From assembly GCA_017965725.1 (NCBI GenBank), contig JAGCPK010000112.1, positions 5,673 through 69,672 on the forward strand: DNA of 64,000 nt. The letters are read 5' to 3'. The notes under the pieces are model-generated. The model was not told the origin of the DNA, searched no databases, and saw nothing but the letters and a program-made list of their open reading frames with translations. A program made the translations under genes and the position numbers. How positions within the stretch are numbered: position 1 is the stretch's first letter; each line of letters begins with the position of its first letter. This stretch comes from Prevotella sp. Lineage in GTDB: Bacteria; Bacteroidota; Bacteroidia; Bacteroidales; Bacteroidaceae. Positions 40,640 to 51,798 of this stretch are shown here, one piece after another.

Positions 40640-43606
40640 ATGGAGAGAATTGTTATCAACAGAAAGACATGGTGGATAAAAGTGTTGCTTGTACTTATTT
40701 CTTTTCACTTTTCACTTTCCACTTCATATTCCTTCTCTCCTGCAAAGAAAACAAAGAAGAAGAAAGTCCAGATTGTCCAACAGAGTCCACTGGAGAAAGC
40801 ATTAACCAATTACTTTGCAACTTATTCGGTAAGAGGTCAGGTCATCCGTAACAAAATGAAATTTGACAAGGTGACTGTCAATGACTCCCTGCATACAGTA
40901 ACCGTCACTGCCAACGCAGCCTTTAGTGAACAAATGTTCACCCCAGAGGGCGTACAAAACACCTACGACGACATCTGGAACTTATTGCCTGACAGCCTGC
41001 AAGACTGGCCCTTGCGTATCGAGACAGGAGGATGGGATATCCGCGACCTCGTAGCCAACTACCGCAGAAATCAACTGGATATCTCCCGCACTTGGGGTAA
41101 TATCGACTATCATGGCAAACCCTGGGTGCTGAATGCCTCACGTCCCTACTCTATCACAAAGGGTCTCTACAACCGTCATTTCTGCGTTTGGGCCAGTCAT
41201 GGCATGTACTATAACATATCCAAGGACGAGTGGCAATGGCAGCGTCCACCCCTCTTTGGCACCAGCGAGGATCTCTTCACACAGACCATTGTGACGCCCT
41301 ATCTGATTCCAATGTTGGAAAAGGCAGGAGCGGTGGTGTTTACCCCCCGTGAACGCGACTGGCAGAAGCATGAGGTCATCGTTGATAATGACAGTACCGC
41401 CACAGGCTACTCTGAATACGATGACCACCGTTCATGGCGAACGACGGGAGTTCCTGGATTCGCCCTCCATGCAGGCTATTATCAGGATAACGAGAATCCC
41501 TTCGAGGCTGGTACCGTACGTATCATCGAGGCCACAGAACACCAGCATCGTCAGAGCCTTGCCTGTTACCAGCCCACCATCCCAGAGACTGGACGCTATG
41601 CCGTCTATGTCAGTTATCAGACAATGGAGAACAGCATCGATGATGCCCGTTATACCGTGTGGCATCAGGGCATACCCACTGAGTTCCACGTCAACCAGCA
41701 GATGGGTGGTTCCACATGGGTATATCTCGGCACCTTTGACTTTGATGAGGGTTGTACGGAACAAAACCGAGTGGTGCTCTCCAACTATAGTACTGCCAAA
41801 GGTGTCGTCACTGCCGATGCCGTACGTTTCGGAGGTGGCATGGGTAATATCGAACGAGGTGGCAAAGTGAGTGGCATGCCCCGTTGTCTGGAAGGCTCCA
41901 GATACTTTGCTCAATGGGCTGGAATGCCCTACGAGGTGTATAGCACCAAGGACGGACAGGACGACTATGGCGACGATATCAATGCCCGTTCCTATATGGC
42001 CAACCTGCTTTCTGGCGGCTCGTGCTATCTGCCTGACACTATAGGTCGCAAGGTACCCATCGAACTCTCCCTTGCCATTCACAGTGATGCCGGCTATACT
42101 AAAGACAAAAGTAATACGGGTACGCTGAGTATCTGTATGACCACTTTCCGCGATTCCACTCTCAACGCTGGTTTTACCCGACTCGCCTCCCGCGACTTTG
42201 CCGATGAACTATTGTCGAGCCTGCCCGACGATATCCTACAGAAATATGGCAAGTGGAAAACTCGCGAACTCTACGACCGCAACTACTCTGAGTGTCGTGT
42301 CCCAGAAGTACCCAGTGCCATCCTCGAGACCTTATCGCATCAGAACTTCAACGATATGCGCATGGTACAGGATCCCAACTTCCGTTTCGACCTGGCACGT
42401 AGTATCTATAAGGTCATGCTCCGCTATACAGCCCGCATGCATCACATTCCCTTCGTCGTACAACCTTTGGCACCCACAGACCTCAGCGTTACTATCACTT
42501 CGAAAGGCGAGGCACATCTCTCGTGGACAGCCGTCGAAGACCCCCTGGAGCCGACGGCTCATCCCACAGCCTATATCATTTATACCGCCAAGAATGGCGA
42601 GGGTTTCGACAATGGACTGTGCCTTAAAACCTCTGCCACCTCTACGGATATCAAGTTGGAGCCTCATGTGCTCTACTCTTTCCGTGTAGCAGCCGTCAAC
42701 GATGGCGGCGAGAGTTTTCTGAGCGAGGAAGTATCAGCCCTCTATAACCCCACTGCAAAGAAGAAGATTCTTATCGTCAACGGTTTCCACCGTTTGGCTG
42801 CTCCTGAGGTCATCGACGGACTGGCTAATCAAGGCTTCGATCTCGAAGAAGACCTCGGAGTCAGTTATGGCCTGACTGCAGGCTGGCGAGGCATCCAGAA
42901 AAACTTCGACCGCTCCATGGCAGGCAAGGAAGGTCCCAAGGGACTCGGATTTACCAACGACTCGTTGGCAGGACATTTCTTCGGAGGCAACGACTTCAAT
43001 TATATCCGCACCCATGCGCAGGCTATAGCCTCTGACAATCGATATAGCATTGCCAGTTGTTCGTCGAGTGCGGTTGAAAAGTATCTTGTAAACCTCGACA
43101 ACTATGCCCTCGTGGATCTCATTCTTGGATTAGAGCGTAACGACGGCTATTCACTAGTACAATATAAGGCATTTCCTCTACCCTTACAGTCACGACTGCG
43201 AGCCTACACTGCCCAAGGTGGCACCATCTACACCAGCGGAAGTTATATTGGACGCGACATGCGCCAGCAACAGGATCGGCAGTTCCTCGAGGAGGTGTTG
43301 AAGTGCCAGTACGGTGGCAGCAATGTTGATTCGCTGCAGAGTGATACGATTCAGGGACTGGGGCTCACATTCACCTTCCATCGCCAACCCAACCATCTAC
43401 ATTACGCAGCACAGCATCCAGATAATCTGCTTCCTCTCGAACCCGCCTTTGCTGCCATGAAGTACGGCGACAACCAGAGTGCCTGCGTAGCCTACAACGG
43501 CACTGACTACCGCGCTTTCACCATGGGATTCCCCTTCGAGTGCATCCGCGAAGAACAACGACGGGAAGCTATCATGCGAGGCATCTTAAGATTCCTATTA
43601 CAATAA
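40640..43606 (+). CDS. Exported amidase_3-like / golvesin-like / FN3 protein (often annotated 'xanthan lyase')
   Basis: WASHG, AIHSDAG, ILETLSH; WVYLGTF...TADAVRF; FN3 motif YSFRVAAVN. Confidence 0.8.
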   Translation: MERIVINRKTWWIKVLLVLISFHFSLSTSYSFSPAKKTKKKKVQIVQQSPLEKALTNYFATYSVRGQVIRNKMKFDKVTVNDSLHTVTVTANAAFSEQMFTPEGVQNTYDDIWNLLPDSLQDWPLRIETGGWDIRDLVANYRRNQLDISRTWGNIDYHGKPWVLNASRPYSITKGLYNRHFCVWASHGMYYNISKDEWQWQRPPLFGTSEDLFTQTIVTPYLIPMLEKAGAVVFTPRERDWQKHEVIVDNDSTATGYSEYDDHRSWRTTGVPGFALHAGYYQDNENPFEAGTVRIIEATEHQHRQSLACYQPTIPETGRYAVYVSYQTMENSIDDARYTVWHQGIPTEFHVNQQMGGSTWVYLGTFDFDEGCTEQNRVVLSNYSTAKGVVTADAVRFGGGMGNIERGGKVSGMPRCLEGSRYFAQWAGMPYEVYSTKDGQDDYGDDINARSYMANLLSGGSCYLPDTIGRKVPIELSLAIHSDAGYTKDKSNTGTLSICMTTFRDSTLNAGFTRLASRDFADELLSSLPDDILQKYGKWKTRELYDRNYSECRVPEVPSAILETLSHQNFNDMRMVQDPNFRFDLARSIYKVMLRYTARMHHIPFVVQPLAPTDLSVTITSKGEAHLSWTAVEDPLEPTAHPTAYIIYTAKNGEGFDNGLCLKTSATSTDIKLEPHVLYSFRVAAVNDGGESFLSEEVSALYNPTAKKKILIVNGFHRLAAPEVIDGLANQGFDLEEDLGVSYGLTAGWRGIQKNFDRSMAGKEGPKGLGFTNDSLAGHFFGGNDFNYIRTHAQAIASDNRYSIASCSSSAVEKYLVNLDNYALVDLILGLERNDGYSLVQYKAFPLPLQSRLRAYTAQGGTIYTSGSYIGRDMRQQQDRQFLEEVLKCQYGGSNVDSLQSDTIQGLGLTFTFHRQPNHLHYAAQHPDNLLPLEPAFAAMKYGDNQSACVAYNGTDYRAFTMGFPFECIREEQRREAIMRGILRFLLQ

Positions 43607-43628
43607 TATTAACTTAACTTTTAAAATC

Positions 43629-43973
43629 ATGAAGATTCAAGCAAATACTTCAGGCACCCGCAGTATCGACATCAACGATCAGCATCTTCAGACTATCGAG
43701 CGGTACCAACTCTTCCGCGACCTCATCGACTCCAGCGGTTATGTGGATGAACAGGTCCTTGACAAACTGAAGCTCAATATCCGCGCTCTCTTGGAGGGAC
43801 AGGCTGGACTTGACAAGGACCTCCTGAACCTCTGTCTCGATGTCATCTACCACCACAACATGAAAGCCTTCGGGTTGCAGCAACTCGTGCTGCTCTACAT
43901 CAACTGGAAAGACAGGGGCAACGACAACCTCGGCACCACTACGCGGGCGTTTCAGGGAACTCCCTTTAATTGA
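43629..43973 (+). CDS. Hypothetical protein
   Basis: ORF in operon with host-like codon usage. Confidence 0.75.
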   Translation: MKIQANTSGTRSIDINDQHLQTIERYQLFRDLIDSSGYVDEQVLDKLKLNIRALLEGQAGLDKDLLNLCLDVIYHHNMKAFGLQQLVLLYINWKDRGNDNLGTTTRAFQGTPFN

Positions 43974-43983
43974 AAAATGACAA

Positions 43984-45855
43984 TTGGCGATTGATAATTA
44001 TAGGCTGACGGACTTTCTGCCAACCACAAAGAAGGAGTTGGAACTACGGGGGTGGGATGAACTAGACATCATTCTGTTCTCTGGTGACGCCTATATCGAC
44101 CATCCTTCATTCGGAGCGGCTGTCATAGGTCGTACACTTGAGGCGGCAGGTTATCGTGTGGCTATCGTACCACAACCCGACTGGCACGGCGATTTCCGCG
44201 ACTTCAAAAAGCTGGGAAGACCCAAGCTCTTCTTCGGTATAGCACCAGGGTGTATGGACTCGATGGTGAACAAATACACCGCCAACCGTCGTCTGCGTGC
44301 CGAAGATGCCTATAGTCCAGACGGGCGACACGACATGCGTCCGGAATATCCAACCATCGTCTATACCAAAATTCTGAAACAACTCTTCCCCGACGTGCCC
44401 GTCATCCTCGGAGGCATTGAAGCCTCTATGCGCCGCCTTACCCATTACGACTATTGGCAGGACTGTCTCAGGAAGTGTATCCTCTGCGACTCTGGCGCCG
44501 ACATGATCACCTATGGTATGGGAGAGAAGACCACACTCGAACTCGCTCGCCGACTTAGTGAGGGAGAAAGCATCCGTGACATCCCCCAGACTGTCTATCT
44601 CTCCCGCAAGGAGGATATCCCGGGAGGTATCACCAACGATGATATCGTACTCCACAGCCATGAAGAGTGTCTGCGTAACAAGCACGCCCAAGCGGAGAAT
44701 TTCCGCCACATCGAGGAACAATCGAACATGATGCACGCCAAACGCCTGCTCCAGGGTGTCGATGGCCGCTATGTTGTCGTCAATCCCCCCTACCCGCCGA
44801 TGAACACCGAGGAACTCGACGCCTCGTTCGACCTTCCTTACACCCGTCAGCCCCATCCGAAGTACAAAGGCAAGCGCATCCCCGCCTACGACATGATTAA
44901 ACACAGCATCAACATCCATCGTGGTTGTTTCGGAGGGTGTGCCTTCTGCACTATTTCCGCCCATCAGGGCAAGTTCATCACCTGTCGTTCCAAAGAGAGC
45001 ATATTAAAAGAGGTGAAGCAAGTGATAGATATGCCCGACTTCAAAGGATATCTCTCTGACCTCGGAGGCCCCTCTGCCAACATGTACGGTATGGGCGGGC
45101 GCAATAAGAACGCCTGTGAGAAGTGTAAACGTCCTAGTTGTATCCATCCTCAGATCTGCCCCAACCTCGACACCAGCCACCAGAAACTGCTCGATATCTA
45201 TCATGCCGTCGATGCCCTGCCAGGCATCAAGCGCAGTTTTATTGGCAGCGGCGTGCGCTACGACCTCCTGTTATACCGCAGCAAAGACGAGGCCATCAAC
45301 AAGGCTGCGCAGGAATACACGTGTGAGTTGATCTGCAGACACGTCAGCGGACGCCTGAAGGTGGCACCCGAGCATACCAGCGATCGTGTGCTGCACCTCA
45401 TGCGCAAACCCTCGTTTTCACAGTTTTATGAGTTCAAGCGTATCTTCGACCGTATCAACCGCGAGGAGAATCTGCACCAACAGATCATCCCCTATTTCAT
45501 CTCCTCTCACCCAGGCTGTCAGGAGGCAGATATGGCAGAACTTGCCGTCATCACGAAGAACCTTGACTTCCACCTCGAACAGGTACAGGATTTTACCCCG
45601 ACGCCGATGACCATTGCCACCGAGACCTGGTACACAGGCTACGATCCTTACACTCTCGAGCCTGTCTATTCCGCCAAGAGTCCACGTGAAAAACTTGCTC
45701 AGCGCCAGTATTTCTTCTGGTACAAACCCGAGGAGCGTCGCGCTATCGAACAGAGTCTCCGTCGTATTGGACGTCCCGACCTCATTCCCAAACTCTACTC
45801 GTCCCCCTCTAAGCAAGTCAACGAAAAGAATGGTCGCCCTCATCGTCGCAAATAA
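43984..45855 (+). CDS. YgiQ-family radical SAM protein
   Basis: GDAYIDHPSFG, CFGGCAFC, QVQDFTPTP. Confidence 0.93.
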   Translation: MAIDNYRLTDFLPTTKKELELRGWDELDIILFSGDAYIDHPSFGAAVIGRTLEAAGYRVAIVPQPDWHGDFRDFKKLGRPKLFFGIAPGCMDSMVNKYTANRRLRAEDAYSPDGRHDMRPEYPTIVYTKILKQLFPDVPVILGGIEASMRRLTHYDYWQDCLRKCILCDSGADMITYGMGEKTTLELARRLSEGESIRDIPQTVYLSRKEDIPGGITNDDIVLHSHEECLRNKHAQAENFRHIEEQSNMMHAKRLLQGVDGRYVVVNPPYPPMNTEELDASFDLPYTRQPHPKYKGKRIPAYDMIKHSINIHRGCFGGCAFCTISAHQGKFITCRSKESILKEVKQVIDMPDFKGYLSDLGGPSANMYGMGGRNKNACEKCKRPSCIHPQICPNLDTSHQKLLDIYHAVDALPGIKRSFIGSGVRYDLLLYRSKDEAINKAAQEYTCELICRHVSGRLKVAPEHTSDRVLHLMRKPSFSQFYEFKRIFDRINREENLHQQIIPYFISSHPGCQEADMAELAVITKNLDFHLEQVQDFTPTPMTIATETWYTGYDPYTLEPVYSAKSPREKLAQRQYFFWYKPEERRAIEQSLRRIGRPDLIPKLYSSPSKQVNEKNGRPHRRK

Positions 45856-45945
45856 AAGTACATTTTCTCTTTATTCCCTGCCCGAAAATTTGGCAGTTTC
45901 AAAAAAATTATCTACCTTTGCACCCGCAAAACAAAAGCAAAGGTC

Positions 45946-46019
<74 letters not shown>

Positions 46020-46025
46020 CAGAAA

Positions 46026-46060
46026 ACAAATTAAGGTCAGCAGTGCTGACCTTAATTGTT
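46026..46060. terminator. Bidirectional terminator between the tRNA and rnfA
   Basis: aattaaggtcagca/tgctgaccttaatt. Confidence 0.85.
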
Positions 46061-46076
46061 ATATAATAAAAATGTA

Positions 46077-46679
46077 TTAGTCAATACCGAAGAGCACCTT
46101 CAAACCACCATCGACGCCAGAGAATCCCATGAAGGCGAGACTCAGTAGACCTGCGGAAAGCATAACGATGGCTATACCCCGCATACCCTTGGGAATTTCT
46201 GTCATCTCCAGTTGCTCGCGCATACCGGCAAACACCGTCAGAGCCACACCGAAACCGATGGCTGTAGAGAAGGCATAGACCACACTCTGCAACAGATTGT
46301 AATCCTTCTGGATACAGAGGATGGCCACACCGAGCACGGCACAATTGGTGGTGATGAGCGGAAGGAAAATACCCAAAGCCTGATAAAGAGCCGGTGACAC
46401 CTTCTTCAGGATAATTTCCACCATCTGCACCAACGAGGCAATAACGAGGATGAAGGCTATCGTCTGCAGATACTGCAGGCCGAAGGCATCGAGCACGTAT
46501 TTCTGTACCAGCCATGTGACGATGGTAGCAAGGGTAAGCACGAAGGCTACCGCTGCCGACATACCCAGCGAGGTATCTATCTTCTTTGATACGCCAAGGA
46601 ACGGACAGATGCCGAGGAACTGTGACAACACGATATTGTTCACGAAGATGGCGGATATAAATATAAGAACGTATTCCAT
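46077..46679 (-). CDS. rnfA: Rnf complex subunit A
   Basis: FLGICPFLG, LPLITTNCAVLG. Confidence 0.93.
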   Translation of the reverse strand: MEYVLIFISAIFVNNIVLSQFLGICPFLGVSKKIDTSLGMSAAVAFVLTLATIVTWLVQKYVLDAFGLQYLQTIAFILVIASLVQMVEIILKKVSPALYQALGIFLPLITTNCAVLGVAILCIQKDYNLLQSVVYAFSTAIGFGVALTVFAGMREQLEMTEIPKGMRGIAIVMLSAGLLSLAFMGFSGVDGGLKVLFGID

Positions 46680-46682
46680 AAC

Positions 46683-47267
46683 TTATGCGTTTCTGAGTTT
46701 GTTGACGATAGCGATGAGGAAAGCGAGGGTGATGAAAGCCCCTGGAGGCAACACGAAGAGCAGGATGTTGTAAGTCTCTGGCAGAAGCGTGAAGCCGAAG
46801 ACGGAACCTGAGCCAAGCAGTTCACGGCAGATACCCAGAAGGGTAAGTCCCAGCGTAAAACCGAGACCGATACCTATACCGTCGAACAGAGAGGCAAGTG
46901 GTGAGTTCTTCGCAGCGAAAGCCTCAGCACGTCCGAGGATGACGCAGTTAACGACGATCAGTGGGATAAAGAGTCCGAGGGCAGCATCGACATCGGGCAA
47001 AAACGCCTTGATGACCAATTGCAGGATTGTTACGAAGGCTGCAATTACTACGATGAACACAGGGATGCGCACCTTGTCGGGCGTAACACTCTTCAGACAC
47101 GAGATCACAAAGTTGGTGCAGATAAGTACTGCCATCGTGGCGAGCCCCATCGACATACCATTCATGGCAGAGGTGGTCGTTGCCAGCGTTGGACACATAC
47201 CGAGCATCAAGACGAACGTGGGGTTCTCCTTGACGATGCCATTTTTGATGATACTTATATAGTTCAT
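46683..47267 (-). CDS. rnfE: Rnf complex subunit E
   Basis: LGMCPTLA, IPLIVVNC, LPPGAF. Confidence 0.93.
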   Translation of the reverse strand: MNYISIIKNGIVKENPTFVLMLGMCPTLATTTSAMNGMSMGLATMAVLICTNFVISCLKSVTPDKVRIPVFIVVIAAFVTILQLVIKAFLPDVDAALGLFIPLIVVNCVILGRAEAFAAKNSPLASLFDGIGIGLGFTLGLTLLGICRELLGSGSVFGFTLLPETYNILLFVLPPGAFITLAFLIAIVNKLRNA

Positions 47268-47306
47268 ATAGAGAATTTACAATTTGACAATCTACTATTT
47301 ACGATT

Positions 47307-47927
47307 TCACTTCTGCTGCTTAGTAGCACCTGTCTCTGCATCGGTGGCAGGTGTTGTCTTGTAAGCATTATAGGCATTGTTGACAGCGAGGAGGAAAGCA
47401 CGACTGGTAATGGTAGAGGCTGTGATGGCATCCACCTGACCACCGTCCTTCGAGACAGTGAGGGGCTCTGCGGGATTCTTACCGATGATATCGCCCTTCT
47501 CACCCTTCTGGAACCACTTGTCAGCCTTAGCACCAAGTCCTGGTGTTTCCGCATGTTCGAGAAGCGTATATCCAAGTATCTTTCCTTCAGGATCGAAACC
47601 CACAAGCACCTTCAGTGCACCTCCGAAACCACCCGTAGTACTCTCTACAGCAGCACCAAGGTCTTTCTTCTGGGCATCCTGCGTCTGATAGATAATATAG
47701 GTCTGTTCCTTACCACCCACATTCTGGCGAACGGTATCAGTCTTCGAAACGGTAATCCCATCCACTCCCATCACACTCTTGATACCGTCGGCAAGAGCCT
47801 TTTCCTTCTGTTGGGCGATAGGACCTTCAGTGAGGTGGTTGACGTAGGCAAGGACACCCCCCATGACAACTGCTACTCCCGTGAGTACCAGCACCATATT
47901 CAGTAATGATGATTCAAGTTTCTTCAT
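47307..47927 (-). CDS. rnfG: Rnf complex subunit G
   Basis: ETPGLG; DAITASTITS FMN site. Confidence 0.92.
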   Translation of the reverse strand: MKKLESSLLNMVLVLTGVAVVMGGVLAYVNHLTEGPIAQQKEKALADGIKSVMGVDGITVSKTDTVRQNVGGKEQTYIIYQTQDAQKKDLGAAVESTTGGFGGALKVLVGFDPEGKILGYTLLEHAETPGLGAKADKWFQKGEKGDIIGKNPAEPLTVSKDGGQVDAITASTITSRAFLLAVNNAYNAYKTTPATDAETGATKQQK

Positions 47928-48916
47928 TTTGCAACCTCCCCATATCGTTTTGGTTTCACATAATTATTTATCAGCGGTGTGAACGCATTCATGATGAGGA
48001 TGGCGAACGACATTCCCTCAGGATAGGCGCCCCAGTTACGGATGACGATGGTGAGGAAACCGATGGCGACACCATAGATAATCTGGCCCTTGGCTGTCAT
48101 CGGCGAGGTGACATAGTCTGTCGCCATAAAGATGGCACCCAACATAACACCTCCAGAGAGAATCTCGGACAAAGGATCCGCATAGATGGGATTCGCCATA
48201 TGGAGCAGACCTGCAATGACAAACACGGTGGCAATGATGCTCACGGGGATGTGCCAGGTGATGATCTTCTTCCACAGCATATAGACTAAACCCAAAAGCA
48301 AGGCTGCAGCACAGATCTCACCCATTGCACCAGAGCCTTCAGGCAGCGTGCCGATAAGCAAGTTCAGAGAATCCGGCAATTCGTTGAGCACAGACGCATC
48401 ACCACTTTTGATAGCCTCCTTCATGACAGACAAGGGAGTTGCACCCGTCTCTGCATCAAGATAAGCCCAGCGTTGTCCCACCTTCGGCCAGGTAGTCATC
48501 TGGGCAGGGAATGCCACGAGCAGGGCGCAACGACCTACAAGGGCTGGATTGAAGAGGTTGTTTCCGAGACCTCCAAACGTCATCTTAGCCACACCGATGG
48601 CGAAGAGCGCACCGATGAGGATAATCCATACAGGAAGGTTTGACGGGAGGTTGAATGCCAGGAGCAGACCCGTGATGACAGCAGAGCCGTCGAGGATAGT
48701 AAGGCGTTCCTGTTTCAGGATATATTTGCTGATGGCCCACTCAAAAAAGACGCAGGCAGCCACACTGGTCGTGGAGACGATGACGGAGCCGATGCCGAAG
48801 AAGTAGAACGACATCAGCAGGGCGGGTATCAAGGCAATGATCACGCCATACATATTGCGTTCTACGGAATCGGTTCCGTGTGCGTGGGGTGAAAGGGAAA
48901 CTATTAGTTTACTCAT
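47924..48916 (-). CDS. rnfD: Rnf complex subunit D
   Basis: FGGLGNNLFNPA, TGATPL, FMATDYVTSP. Confidence 0.93.
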   Translation of the reverse strand: MSKLIVSLSPHAHGTDSVERNMYGVIIALIPALLMSFYFFGIGSVIVSTTSVAACVFFEWAISKYILKQERLTILDGSAVITGLLLAFNLPSNLPVWIILIGALFAIGVAKMTFGGLGNNLFNPALVGRCALLVAFPAQMTTWPKVGQRWAYLDAETGATPLSVMKEAIKSGDASVLNELPDSLNLLIGTLPEGSGAMGEICAAALLLGLVYMLWKKIITWHIPVSIIATVFVIAGLLHMANPIYADPLSEILSGGVMLGAIFMATDYVTSPMTAKGQIIYGVAIGFLTIVIRNWGAYPEGMSFAILIMNAFTPLINNYVKPKRYGEVAK

Positions 48917-48979
48917 CGTGATATTTACTATTTGACAATTTACAAATTACCATTTATTTGTCAATAAACCCAATTTCTA

Positions 48980-50344
48980 TTACTTGGCAGCACGGGAGCG
49001 GATGATACCCATGACCGTTGCTTTACCCAAGCGGATGTTATCCAACAGAGGGCGGTGGGCAGGACAGGTGAACTGGCACGAGCCACACTCAATACAACTG
49101 ACGATATCCTCACTTTCTGCACGCTCCCAGTTCTTTACCTCTGAGAGTTTGGCGAGCAGATAGGGTTCCAAACCCATCGGACAAACGCCCACACACTTGG
49201 CACATCGGATACAGGGCTGGGGCTCCTTGCGTCGGGCCTCCTCGTCAGAGATGATCGTCACGGAGTTCGTTCCCTTACAGATGGGCACCTCCGTCGATGT
49301 CAGCGCCTTGCCCATCATCGGACCACCGGCCAACAGTTTGCTGTCGCCCTCGGGCATTCCGCCACAGGCATCAATGAGATCTTGCATCGGTGTACCCATG
49401 CGGACGAGGAAATTGCCTGGGTGCTGAAGTCTCTTACCTGTCACGGTGGTGTAACGCTCAAAGAGAGGCTTATGCTTCATCACCGCCTCATAGACAGCGA
49501 AGGCAGTACCCACGTTCTGCACGATAGCACCCACGTTCACCGGGATAGCAGGAGGTGCTGGCACCTGACGATGGATGACAGCATCCACCAATTGTTTCTC
49601 ACCACCCTGCGGATAACGCTGTTTCAGTGGCACCACCTCTACATTGTATTTAGAGCCTCCAAATTTCTCTGCGCACTTCTTCGTGAGCAATTCGATGGCA
49701 GCGGGTTTGTTGGTCTCAATACCAATATAGCCTGTGGTAACCTTCGTACCAATCATCAGCAATTCAAGTCCTACAAGAATCTCATCAGCATGCTCCATCA
49801 TCAGACGGAAGTCGGCTGTGATATACGGTTCGCACTCCACGGCGTTGATAATCACACACTCAGCCTTTGCCGTTGGCGGAGGTGTCAGTTTGATGAAGGT
49901 GGGGAAACAGGCACCACCCATACCCACGACACCCGCATTCTTGACACGGTTAACAATCTCCTCAGGTGTGAGTTCAGGATGGGCTTCTACTGTCTCGAGT
50001 TTATCAGAACGGTCTATCGACTCTTCCCACTCGTCGCCCTCTACATTGATGATGATAACAGGACGACGATAACCCGTCGCGTCGATGGCGGTATCAATCT
50101 TGAATACCGTTCCGCTAACAGATGAGAAGATTGGAGCCGACACAAATCCGCCAGCCTCAGCAATCATCGTACCTACCTTAACCTTATCGCCCTTAGCAAC
50201 AACAGGTTTTGCTGGGGCACCAATATGCTGGCTCAACGGGAAGATGGCCTGCTTGGGCAGGGCTGCCACTTTCGTAGCCACCTCATGGGTGAGTTTATTC
50301 TCTTCGGGGTGAATACCGCCGATCCTAAAAGTTCTTGCGTTCAT
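48980..50344 (-). CDS. rnfC: Rnf complex subunit C
   Basis: GMGGACFPT, ECEPY, GGPMMG; two ferredoxin motifs. Confidence 0.93.
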   Translation of the reverse strand: MNARTFRIGGIHPEENKLTHEVATKVAALPKQAIFPLSQHIGAPAKPVVAKGDKVKVGTMIAEAGGFVSAPIFSSVSGTVFKIDTAIDATGYRRPVIIINVEGDEWEESIDRSDKLETVEAHPELTPEEIVNRVKNAGVVGMGGACFPTFIKLTPPPTAKAECVIINAVECEPYITADFRLMMEHADEILVGLELLMIGTKVTTGYIGIETNKPAAIELLTKKCAEKFGGSKYNVEVVPLKQRYPQGGEKQLVDAVIHRQVPAPPAIPVNVGAIVQNVGTAFAVYEAVMKHKPLFERYTTVTGKRLQHPGNFLVRMGTPMQDLIDACGGMPEGDSKLLAGGPMMGKALTSTEVPICKGTNSVTIISDEEARRKEPQPCIRCAKCVGVCPMGLEPYLLAKLSEVKNWERAESEDIVSCIECGSCQFTCPAHRPLLDNIRLGKATVMGIIRSRAAK

Positions 50345-51207
50345 ACGGCTTCCTCCTTTCTTTCCTCAGGTTTTGGTTTGGGCGCTGGGAAGTTCACAGC
50401 CACGATGGCCTGTTTCGGACAAACCTTCTCACACTTCCTACACAACCGACACTTTTCGGGGTCAATATAAGCGAGGTTGTTCTCGACGGTGATGGCTCCG
50501 AAGGGACATTCCTTCTCGCATTTACCACAACCGATACAACTGACGGCACAGGCTTTCATGGCTGCAGGCCCCTTGTCCTTGTTGACACAGGAGACATACA
50601 CTCTCCTACCCTTCGGACCCTTCTTGCGGAGTTCGATGATACCTCGCGGACAAGCCTTCGCACACGCCCCGCAAGCCACACATTTCTCTTCATCCACCTC
50701 GGGAATGCCCGTCTCAGGATTCATGTGGATGGCATCAAACTTACAAGCCTCCACGCAATCGCCACAACCCAGACAACCGAAGCCACAGGCCGTTTCACCT
50801 GCCCCACACGCATGCATGGCGGCACAGGTGCGAAGACCAGCATATTCGACAAGACGAGAACGGTGTTCGCATGTGCCGTTGCATCTCACCACAGCCACCT
50901 TCGGCTCACCATTGGCGATAGCCATTCCGAGCAAGTCAGCCACCCGTCCCATCACGTTGGCACCGCCCACAGGACAGTTCAGTCCCTCGAGGGAACCTGC
51001 ATCAGCCCCTTTCACCAGTGCATCTGCCATACCGCCACAGCCTGCAAATCCGCATCCGCCGCAGTTGGCACCAGGCAACACCTCGTTGACCTGTGCGATA
51101 CGAGGATCCTCATAAACCGCAAACTTCTTGGAAGCAGCAAAAAGCACCAGTGCAGCAATCAGTCCGATGGCTCCCAGTACAATCACAGCAATCAAGATGA
51201 AATCCAT
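50341..51207 (-). CDS. rnfB: Rnf complex subunit B
   Basis: LPGANCGGCG; multiple CxxCxxC motifs. Confidence 0.92.
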   Translation of the reverse strand: MDFILIAVIVLGAIGLIAALVLFAASKKFAVYEDPRIAQVNEVLPGANCGGCGFAGCGGMADALVKGADAGSLEGLNCPVGGANVMGRVADLLGMAIANGEPKVAVVRCNGTCEHRSRLVEYAGLRTCAAMHACGAGETACGFGCLGCGDCVEACKFDAIHMNPETGIPEVDEEKCVACGACAKACPRGIIELRKKGPKGRRVYVSCVNKDKGPAAMKACAVSCIGCGKCEKECPFGAITVENNLAYIDPEKCRLCRKCEKVCPKQAIVAVNFPAPKPKPEERKEEAV

Positions 51208-51232
51208 ACCTTTCTATCTATTTTAGTTTCTT

Positions 51233-51646
51233 TTATTCTTCTATCCTGAACGACACCTGCTGACGGATCTTCTCCTTAAACAGCCAGAGTATCATATAAT
51301 AAGGTATCAACGACCCCAGCGAGGCCAGGGCAGCCATCCCTTCAGAGCCAGAGACACGCAAGACGATGACCAGCACCCCTACCAGCAGGAGAAACGGAAG
51401 ACCGAAGCCGAGGAGCAGGGCCTTGTTCGCCACCTCCTTCGAGGCGCAGACCATCACTTCCTGTCCTACACGGTATTTCGTGCCATTGACACCCATCACA
51501 TCCACCATCTTCACCTTCGACTCTGCTGCATTACAATGGCTCGCCACCTTGCAGGACTCACAGGATGCCGTCTGGACGATGCGTACCTTCACACTATCGC
51601 CCTCAATACTGTCAATGATTCCAGAATGTGATATTTTATTGGCCAT
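51233..51646 (-). CDS. RseC/MucC family protein
   Basis: SCESC..C motif, two TM segments, first gene of the rnf operon. Confidence 0.88.
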   Translation of the reverse strand: MANKISHSGIIDSIEGDSVKVRIVQTASCESCKVASHCNAAESKVKMVDVMGVNGTKYRVGQEVMVCASKEVANKALLLGFGLPFLLLVGVLVIVLRVSGSEGMAALASLGSLIPYYMILWLFKEKIRQQVSFRIEE

Positions 51647-51798
51647 CGAAACATAAGGTCGTTATTACGAGGTGCAAAGGTACGAAGAAAACGGGAATAA
51701 AAGATGAAGTATTAAGAATATTTTCAAAAAAAAGACGTAATCGTTTGCAGTTTCGGAGTTTTTTTATACTTTTGTGCCGTGATAGACAGAAAAGTAAG